Sequence record: NZ_CP120951.1
Origin: a plasmid
Reading direction: 5' to 3' (one strand)
Length of the DNA: 64,000 bases
Below, in pieces: positions 57,349 to 64,000 of this stretch (positions are counted from its first letter, which is position 1; every line of letters starts with the position of its first letter). A program made the position numbers and the translations under genes. Under the pieces are notes generated by a model. That model had not been told where the DNA came from and searched no databases. It worked only from the letters and a program-made list of their open reading frames with translations.

Positions 57349-58607
57349 TGCTCGGCCGGGAGGGTTCTGCATATGGTGTCAATTTTCAGAATGATCGGCT
57401 TGTCCAGCTTGATAAGTCTGGGCTTACTGTAGACCATGAAGTCGCCGCCGCGATTATGCACCGATCGCCAGTCGCGGTACGTCTTGTTATGGACTGGCCA
57501 GTAGACATCCTTTGCCAGGAATTTCCGAAAGCGGCTGGTGCGTTTGTCGACCGGCTTGTTGACCTCTTCGCCCTCGGGGAGATAACGCCACTCCTCGATG
57601 GTCGAGTTCCCGACATTCAAGTTGCTGCTTTTGAAGAAATCGTTGACGGCCGCGACGTAGGACAGAACCATACCGGTCTTGTTCCAGTGGCCGAGGTATT
57701 GGCTCTTGGAAGGCGAATCGTCGTTGAACGAGTAGCTGTCTTTGATGTAGACGTAGATGTGGGTGATCTGGGCGACCGGCTCGAGACAGAAAATCTTGCG
57801 CTTGCCTTCGTACTTGTAATAGCGATCCCCGGTGACGGTCGCCTTCCCGATGGCGGCGTAGAAGTTGAAGTTTGCCAGGGCCCCGGTCAGATCGGTCATC
57901 GCGGTACCGTCGAGCGTATCGAGCGACGACACGGGCTGGTACTGGAATCCCCAGGCGATGTGAAACTGGAGCGGATCCCTCAGAAACGGCGAAGTGTCGA
58001 TCACGATACCGGCCGCGTTTAACTGCCCGCCCGAGAAACTCTTCTCGATCACAGGTGCCATGACTTTTGAGGCGGCTCGCACGGCATTCGGCGTGTAAAT
58101 CGCTTGCCGCACGAGCTGATTGAAGCGCTCGGATGCGCCGCTAAATTTCAATGCCCAATCCAGGGTAACCGTTGTGTCGTCGAGCGGCTGTACCGAGTTG
58201 AGATCGTTGTTGTAGACGTGCTTGGGGCTCGCAAGCCATTCTCGCGCGAGCTTGGCCGAAATTGGCCAGCCCATCTTGTCCATTGCTTTGGGGATGTCCT
58301 GCAGGTCGAACTCGGGCAGCTTGTCGGCTTGCTCCGCGTCTTGCGGTTTATCGCTCAGTTGTGGCTTGGCGGGCGGCTTCGCAGGTGCTGGAGCAGGGGC
58401 GGGCGGCTTTTGCGGCGCGACTGGAGCGGCTGCCTTGGGCGGGGGTGGCGGTGGAGGCTCGTTCGGCGCGAGCCTGTCGAACGAGATTCTCTGCTGCGTA
58501 TCGATGGGAACGCATCCGACTACGCCAGAGTAGCATTTCCACCGTTTGCTGGAATATAAAACACCGGATTCCAGCTGATAATACGGGACTTTTCTGACGT
58601 CTGGCAT
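57345..58607 (-). CDS. 420-aa protein with a short N-terminal domain, a poly-Pro/Ala linker and a large C-terminal domain of unknown function.
   Basis: An ORF in a lower-GC segment. The PPPPPPPKAAAPVAPQKPPAPAPAPAKPPAKP linker is visible. Confidence 0.5.
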   Translation of the reverse strand: MPDVRKVPYYQLESGVLYSSKRWKCYSGVVGCVPIDTQQRISFDRLAPNEPPPPPPPKAAAPVAPQKPPAPAPAPAKPPAKPQLSDKPQDAEQADKLPEFDLQDIPKAMDKMGWPISAKLAREWLASPKHVYNNDLNSVQPLDDTTVTLDWALKFSGASERFNQLVRQAIYTPNAVRAASKVMAPVIEKSFSGGQLNAAGIVIDTSPFLRDPLQFHIAWGFQYQPVSSLDTLDGTAMTDLTGALANFNFYAAIGKATVTGDRYYKYEGKRKIFCLEPVAQITHIYVYIKDSYSFNDDSPSKSQYLGHWNKTGMVLSYVAAVNDFFKSSNLNVGNSTIEEWRYLPEGEEVNKPVDKRTSRFRKFLAKDVYWPVHNKTYRDWRSVHNRGGDFMVYSKPRLIKLDKPIILKIDTICRTLPAEQ

Positions 58608-58918
58608 AAGTGCGTGAACAGCGATTATTGAGAAGAGTTCGTCATGCTCGTGAGCAGTATCAGAGTAATCGATATCCCGCCAAAACCAACGACGCCAATG
58701 TGATCTACTGTTAAATCAGATCGAATTCACTCAGAATGAAAGATCGGGGGCAGTTCCCGGCACATAAACTTGGTGAAAGAGCACAAGCATATTGCCAGTT
58801 TCGTCCTGCAGCGATGCCACTACCATCCAAATGCACGATAATGGCCCGGCTCGTATTGACCTGGTCCCTTGTTCCGACTAGCCTAAGCGCTCTTTGCTCA
58901 ACTGAAGAATCTTAATCC

Positions 58919-59218
58919 ATGACGACTTACCTCGAACTCAAAAAGCAGGCTGATGCGTTGGCACAGCAGGCAGAAGAAGCACGTCTCTCAGAACTGGAGA
59001 GCATCATTACGGCGATGCGTGAGCAAATCGCCGAATACGGCATTACGTCCGAGCAGCTGTTCGGGCGCCGGCGCGCTGCCGTATCCGGTGCACGCACACC
59101 CATCGCTCCGAAATATCAAGACCCGAAGTCGGGCGCAACCTGGAGCGGACGCGGCAAAGCGCCGGGCTGGATTGCAGGGAAGAAGCGCGAGCGCTTTCTG
59201 ATTCCCGTTACGGAGTAA
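58919..59218 (+). CDS. H-NS-family nucleoid-associated protein.
   Basis: The C-terminal motif TWSGRGKAPGW and an N-terminal coiled coil. Confidence 0.8.
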   Translation: MTTYLELKKQADALAQQAEEARLSELESIITAMREQIAEYGITSEQLFGRRRAAVSGARTPIAPKYQDPKSGATWSGRGKAPGWIAGKKRERFLIPVTE

Positions 59219-59252
59219 CGTGACACGTTCGCGGCTCAGATCGCGAACCATG

Positions 59253-59326
59253 CGGGCGTAGCTCAATGGTAGAGCAACAGCCTTCCAAGCTGATGACGAG
59301 GGTTCGATTCCCTTCGCCCGCTCCAG
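59253..59326 (+). tRNA. tRNA-Gly (anticodon UCC).
   Basis: A 74-nt cloverleaf, GCGGGCG...CGCCCGCUCCA acceptor stem, anticodon loop CUUCCAA. It is nearly identical to the E. coli glyT pattern. Confidence 0.85.
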
Positions 59327-59412
59327 AAGATGTGATCAAGCGATTTAAGACACCTTCCTTGAAAACCAGCGGCAGCGACTGTCCGCGAGTGTGAATCGCG
59401 TCCGATAGGTCT

Positions 59413-59739
59413 TCAGTAACAGATCTGCCGCGGGACCATCGCCCAGCCGTAACCGACCCATTCCTGCACGTTTCGCCAGTAACAGCGTGGCCCCGCATAG
59501 TCATAGGGCGGAGGCGCATAGACCGGAACGGGCGCCCCATACATCGGAGGCGGCCCCGCATATGCCGGCGGTGCAGCGATCGCCGAGCCCAACAGAAACC
59601 CGCCGACCAGACCCGCGACAATGCCGCCGACAACTGATCCGGAAGGACGCTCATAGCCGTATCCGTAGGCATAAGCCGATTGAGTAAATCCGGCAATCGA
59701 CAACATCATCAGCATTACTACACATTGCTTTCTCATCAC
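59413..59739 (-). CDS. Secreted glycine-zipper (Gly/Tyr/Pro-rich) small protein.
   Basis: A signal peptide and a GxxxG-rich helix (GGIVAGLVGGFLLGSAIA). Confidence 0.5.
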   Translation of the reverse strand: MMRKQCVVMLMMLSIAGFTQSAYAYGYGYERPSGSVVGGIVAGLVGGFLLGSAIAAPPAYAGPPPMYGAPVPVYAPPPYDYAGPRCYWRNVQEWVGYGWAMVPRQICY

Positions 59740-59821
59740 GTGTCACTCCAAGACAAACCACGTTTGATATTGCAGACGGTATGATCGTCGAACCCAACCC
59801 GCTCACACCGTCCTCATACCC

Positions 59822-60223
59822 ATGACCGCGTCTACCCGCCCGACGAAGCCTGGCCAGTCACAACCGTCCCGCTCGAATGCTGCTCAACCTTCCGCCACTC
59901 CAGACCCGGTCATCCATGCTCGCGCCGTGAAGGTCAGCGTTGTGGTCGACGTCGAGCGATTTCCATTCGACGCCGTACCGCCTGTCGGCACGCCTGGCGC
60001 GAAGAACGCTCAGCTGCCGTTCTCGATCTGTACGCCGGCGGGCCGCATCGTCAAAACCACGCTTAAGGGCGGCACCCTGCAGCGCTTCGTCCAGGCCGTG
60101 CGCGACAACCCTGCCGGCGGCGCCGCCGTGATAGCCGGTCGAATCAGCGACGACGGCAAGTCGATCCTCGACGCAGGCATCACGTTTCAGCCCAAAGCGA
60201 TCGAGGCGACTGCCACCGAGTAA
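59822..60223 (+). CDS. Hypothetical protein.
   Basis: 133-aa ORF. Confidence 0.35.
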   Translation: MTASTRPTKPGQSQPSRSNAAQPSATPDPVIHARAVKVSVVVDVERFPFDAVPPVGTPGAKNAQLPFSICTPAGRIVKTTLKGGTLQRFVQAVRDNPAGGAAVIAGRISDDGKSILDAGITFQPKAIEATATE

Positions 60224-60294
60224 TGCTCCGGTACCGCCGGGCAAACGATCCAGATCCTCCTGCTGGTGCCCCTTCGACAGCAGTCGCCTGAGCA

Positions 60295-60777
60295 TCACGG
60301 GATAACGCCATCCTCGGTCGCCGTGACAGCAATCGCTGGCCCCTCAAGCGCGTCGATCAGATCCAGCTGGCCAGGCAACGGTGCGGGTTGCGCCGGCACT
60401 CGCCTTGGACGAGGATGACCGCCGCGCCGCAAGCCGCGTGCGATCATCTGCAGCTTGCGCCACAACACATCCGCCTCGGCCGGCGCCAACAATCCAGCAG
60501 CTGCATCCAGCGCAGCGACCAGTTCGTCCAGATGTGCGGGCGCACTGGCAAACACCTCGCGAGCACGCGCCATCGCCTGACTGTCACGCCAGGCCACCAG
60601 CCATGACGACAGCTCACGCCGCTCATTGCGATCCAGGCGCTCGAGCAGATCAGCCGGCACGTCTTCATCCGCACGGAACGTGCCGATCACAATCTGACGG
60701 TGCCGACGCGTATCCCCGCTACGCGTGACGCGCAGCAGCTTGATCGATCGGCCTTGCTCGCGAATCAACATGTCCAT
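60295..60777 (-). CDS. Hypothetical protein.
   Basis: 160-aa ORF. Confidence 0.35.
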   Translation of the reverse strand: MDMLIREQGRSIKLLRVTRSGDTRRHRQIVIGTFRADEDVPADLLERLDRNERRELSSWLVAWRDSQAMARAREVFASAPAHLDELVAALDAAAGLLAPAEADVLWRKLQMIARGLRRGGHPRPRRVPAQPAPLPGQLDLIDALEGPAIAVTATEDGVIP

Positions 60778-60839
60778 CCTCAGGCGTCGTCACGTCATCC
60801 ACTTCATCCGGCTACAGCACTTCCTGCACAACCAGACGA

Positions 60840-61025
60840 CTACTGATCTTCATCTGAGCGCACTGGCTTTGTCGACCGTGCGCGATCGATCAGCTTTCTG
60901 AGCCAAGCCATTCCATGCGCATCAATCTTCGCCCATTGCGCAGCGGTCAAACGGATCGAGCGGCCGATCAACCGATCTTCTTCAGGAATAGGCGGTCTAC
61001 CCATCCGCGGTTTCGTGGATTTCAT
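60840..61025 (-). CDS. Small putative DNA-binding protein.
   Basis: A short basic peptide (MGRPPIPEEDRLIGRSIRLTAAQWAKID). The start is uncertain. Confidence 0.3.
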   Translation of the reverse strand: MKSTKPRMGRPPIPEEDRLIGRSIRLTAAQWAKIDAHGMAWLRKLIDRARSTKPVRSDEDQ

Positions 61026-61391
61026 TGAGTTTAAGATAGCACTTTTCGTTACACAAAAACAGGCCGTTTTCGTTACTTTCTGTACTACACTAAGTAGTAG
61101 CGTGCGATGCTGTCCGAGCTGCGTATTTGATGTGGATAACCGTTTGTGGCAAGGCGCGTCCGATCTCAACCCTGATCATGGTGAACAACATGACCAAGTA
61201 TGTGGTGATGGTGCGGCAAATAACCTGGTACGACCGGCTGGCTGCGGTGCCGGGCAAGATCCTCAAGTGGGCCATCCTGATCCAGCTCGGCCTGCTGTTT
61301 GCTGCCGGCGTCTTCGGCGTGATCGCGCACGTCGGCAAGGTTGTGATGACTGCGGTGACCGGCGCGCACTGAAGCACGCCGATCGGCTCGA

Positions 61392-61784
61392 TCACGGCGT
61401 GAAACGCGTCGGCGGCCGCTCGAACGATTTTCCGTCGATAAGTCGGTCCATCCGCTCGATCGCTTCCAACAGCACCGCGAGTGGCGCCGTGCGCAGCTGA
61501 TCGTCGTGCCACGCCAGCAGCATCGAAACGAGCTCGTCGGTCTGCTCGTCAAACGTCCATAGATCCTCGCGCTCGCCGCGATCGAAGGCAGCCTGGATCC
61601 CGCGCTCCGCCGCCACCAGCACTTCAACCCGGATCTCCTGTCGACGGGCTTCATCGATGAACCCCGTCAGCATGATCATCTGCAGCAGGATCCGCATGCC
61701 GAAGGCGCTGCCCTGACGCATCCTGATCGCCTCGAGCGCCGAGTGGTACTGCAGCGACATCTTCTCGATCTCGTCCCGCGGCAT
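61392..61784 (-). CDS. Hypothetical protein.
   Basis: An ORF with internal ATGs at 61784 and 61760. Confidence 0.35.
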   Translation of the reverse strand: MPRDEIEKMSLQYHSALEAIRMRQGSAFGMRILLQMIMLTGFIDEARRQEIRVEVLVAAERGIQAAFDRGEREDLWTFDEQTDELVSMLLAWHDDQLRTAPLAVLLEAIERMDRLIDGKSFERPPTRFTP

Positions 61785-62213
61785 AGGCAACAGCAAGCGC
61801 TTGGCGAGCTGGCCGCGCGGCCGTCGACGTGTGCTCGCGCGACGCGTCACGGAAACCTCGCCGGCGAGTACGTCGCCCCGATGCCGGTGTCGCACATGAG
61901 CCTCATCGCGGCCGCGTGCTCGTGGTCATGCATGGAGATCCTACTGTCCTGGTCGGTTGAATCATCCGCAGCATAGCGGAATTTCTTGTACCTCAAAAAC
62001 TCGTGATCGAGGCGAGCTGCGCTGCACTCGCGATCGAACCGTGCACGCGCGCTGCGCGCCCGTGCACGGTTCTCATGTCCAACAGCAACGAAACACCATC
62101 CCTTCCTTCCACGTCGCCGTGCTTGCCAAGGTCCACTCAACCAAGGCCTCTGCGGTTCTTACCGGGGTGGTGGCTACCCGTCGCCAACGATCGCCTCCAG
62201 GGTGCCGGGAGCC

Positions 62214-62259
62214 GGTCGTTCACCGCGCGCGCCGGGATGGTCGCGCACGGTGAACGACC
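62214..62259. repeat. 12-bp perfect inverted repeat GGTCGTTCACCG ... CGGTGAACGACC with a 22-nt loop, upstream of the methyltransferase.
   Basis: Read directly in the sequence. Approximate to +/-2 nt. Confidence 0.45.
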
Positions 62260-62468
62260 TTCAAGAACTTTCGCGGCATAAACGGCCGGCTCTCCCTGGC
62301 CGGGAGGCCCACCATTTATTCCACGTTTCTTGACTCCCGACACCCTTCCGGCGCTCGCCAGCGCCGGGTAGCCACCACCGTGCAGCCGCAAACGCTGCCG
62401 CGCTATCCATCGCCCCGCCCGTCATCTGCCGGGCGGCACAGGGTTCACCTTATCGATGGAGCACCACC

Positions 62469-63110
62469 ATGGACTTTTTCTATCACGGCGACTGTCTCGA
62501 TGTTCTCCCCACCATCCCCGATGCAGTGATCGACTTCGCGCTGACCGACCCGCCGTATCTGGTCAACTACCAGGACCGCAACGGCCGCTCGATCGCGAAC
62601 GATGTGCGCGGCGACTGGCTCGAACCGGCGTTCGCACAGGTGTTCCGCGTACTGAAGGATGACGCGCTGTGCGTGAGCTTCTACGGCTGGACTAAGACCG
62701 ATGAATTCTTCCGAGCGTGGAAGAAGGCGGGTTTTCGCATCGTCGGTCACATCGTATTTGCGAAAACCTACGCGTCCAAGGCGCGCTTCGTGAAGTACCA
62801 GCACGAATCGGCCTACGTGCTCGCCAAGGGCTCGCCGGCGCTGCCATCAAAGCCCCTGCCGGACGTACAGCCGTGGCAGTACTCCGGCAACCGCCTGCAC
62901 CCCACTGAAAAGCCGCTGTCCGCCATGCGCGCCGTCGTCGAGGCGTTCACGCGGCCGGGGGACCTCGTGCTCGATCCGTTCGCCGGCAGCGGCACCACGT
63001 GCGCGGCGGCCAAGCAGCTTGGGCGTCGCTATGTCGGCATCGAACTGGACGCGACTTATCACGCCGCGGCTGTCGCCCGGCTGGGCCGGCGCGAAGCGAT
63101 CGCGGCTTAA
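62469..63110 (+). CDS. Orphan beta-class DNA methyltransferase (N6-adenine or N4-cytosine).
   Basis: The TDPPY motif and the FAGSGTT AdoMet motif. A GGAG RBS. No adjacent restriction enzyme. Confidence 0.8.
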   Translation: MDFFYHGDCLDVLPTIPDAVIDFALTDPPYLVNYQDRNGRSIANDVRGDWLEPAFAQVFRVLKDDALCVSFYGWTKTDEFFRAWKKAGFRIVGHIVFAKTYASKARFVKYQHESAYVLAKGSPALPSKPLPDVQPWQYSGNRLHPTEKPLSAMRAVVEAFTRPGDLVLDPFAGSGTTCAAAKQLGRRYVGIELDATYHAAAVARLGRREAIAA

Positions 63111-63135
63111 CCTCCAACGAAGCGAGAGAACCATC

Positions 63136-63642
63136 ATGGGACTGACCATCACAGCCTATTGCGGCCTGGAAGCGATCGACGCGCCGCGACTCGACGGCAA
63201 CCGCGAGCCGATTGACGTATTCACGGTGCGTTTCTATTGGGCGCCGCGCTTTCCGCAACGCGCAGACGGCCTCGATATCGCCCGCGTGTTTCGCTACCGC
63301 AATGCGTTTGAGTTCAACGTCGGTACGTACATCACGCATGAGATTTTCCGCGAGCAGCTCGCCGAACTGGCGAACTATCCGGCGATTCCCCTCGGCAGCG
63401 AGAAGATCTGCCACACGAACGGCGCGATCGTCGAAACGGAAGGCATGTTCAAGGAACTGATCGACTTCTCAACCACGATGGGCACGATCGGGCCACGTAC
63501 TTCGCGCAAGCTGGCCAACGACTTTTCGCGATTCATGCACCTGGTCGATGGCGAAAGCAATCCCTTGTTCGCCGAGCTCTATCGCAACTGGTATGTCGCG
63601 TTCGCACTTGCGCAGCATGACGGCGCCGTGCGATTCCACTGA
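63136..63642 (+). CDS. Hypothetical protein.
   Basis: A GAGAGAA RBS. 168 aa. Confidence 0.4.
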   Translation: MGLTITAYCGLEAIDAPRLDGNREPIDVFTVRFYWAPRFPQRADGLDIARVFRYRNAFEFNVGTYITHEIFREQLAELANYPAIPLGSEKICHTNGAIVETEGMFKELIDFSTTMGTIGPRTSRKLANDFSRFMHLVDGESNPLFAELYRNWYVAFALAQHDGAVRFH

Positions 63643-63697
63643 CCCGATTGAACGGCCGGCCGCTCACCGCGGCCGGCATCCGAACAAGGCAAACACC

Positions 63698-63877
63698 ATG
63701 CAACTTTTCTATATCCAGCACCTGATGTGTGCCGTACTCGATCATCACTTCGCGTCGCGCCTGGACAGCCCGGCGCCTCGCTCCGATGACACGCTTACCG
63801 TGAGCGTCGCCGAGCTATTGAACGCGCTGCGCGAGGCGTTCGAACTCGGTCAAGATGTACGGAGGACCGCGCGATGA
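63698..63877 (+). CDS. Small hypothetical protein.
   Basis: A 59-aa ORF. Weak evidence. Confidence 0.25.
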   Translation: MQLFYIQHLMCAVLDHHFASRLDSPAPRSDDTLTVSVAELLNALREAFELGQDVRRTAR

Positions 63878-64000
63878 CCCACGCAGAATTCGAAACGCTA
63901 CTCGAGGCGATCGCGCGCGAGCATCTTTTTATCTCGACCCTGCAGGAGCAGAAATCCGATCGCCTTGACTTCCATAGCGTCGCGGTTTGGACCGTGCGCG

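Noticed and set aside
54798-59326. Assigning the element specifically to the ICEclc family because of the large integrase plus tRNA-Gly.
   Set aside because: The conjugation genes here are MPF-T/VirB-type, not ICEclc-type. Three genes also separate the integrase from the tRNA. The resemblance is limited to integrase size and target tRNA.
1-64000. CRISPR arrays, rRNA genes, IS elements or transposases.
   Set aside because: Apart from the 16-bp operator palindrome there are no regularly spaced direct repeats. No transposase-like ORF or rRNA-like sequence was recognised.

Overview
This 64-kb window has about 65% GC and Burkholderiaceae-like codon usage. It reads as a contiguous piece of a self-transmissible element, either a conjugative plasmid or an ICE; the boundaries cannot be fixed from this window. 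From 0.2 to 42.6 kb almost everything is on the minus strand and forms one transfer region. It contains a MOB relaxase and a MobC accessory protein. Next comes a six-gene operon of unknown function that includes a ParA-like ATPase. A 1547-aa multidomain protein with a Toprim primase head follows, then a VirD4-type coupling protein and a PLD-family Nuc-like nuclease. A complete VirB1-VirB11 mating-pore gene set follows, including VirB7 and an entry-exclusion-like lipoprotein. It is fused directly upstream to an IncI/R64-type thin-pilus (type IVb) cluster. That cluster spans a lytic transglycosylase and PilL/M/N/O/P/Q/R/S-like genes, plus an extra PilT/PilU-family ATPase, a pseudopilin and a PilV-like adhesin. 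Two secreted cysteine-rich or CAP-domain proteins sit between the pilus genes and VirB1. From 42.7 to 48.5 kb there is a regulatory and partition module. It has an XRE regulator and a pair of proteins sharing an uncharacterised domain, one of them fused to PAS. It also has a LexA-type SOS box, a KorA-like repressor, and ParB/KorB and ParA/IncC homologues. A 16-18 bp perfect palindrome (TTCTCGCATGCGAGAA) occurs five times there. From 49 to 56.6 kb the + strand carries a Phd/VapC-like toxin-antitoxin pair and a tight run of about 13 small ORFs of unknown function, ending in a 612-aa tyrosine integrase. Downstream are a lower-GC insert with a 420-aa proline-linker protein and a membrane protein, an H-NS-like protein, tRNA-Gly(UCC), several small hypotheticals and an orphan beta-class DNA methyltransferase. 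No CRISPR array, rRNA or transposase was seen. All coordinates come from the ORF track plus manual start refinement. Where a start is not justified in its evidence line, a 1-2 codon ambiguity is possible.
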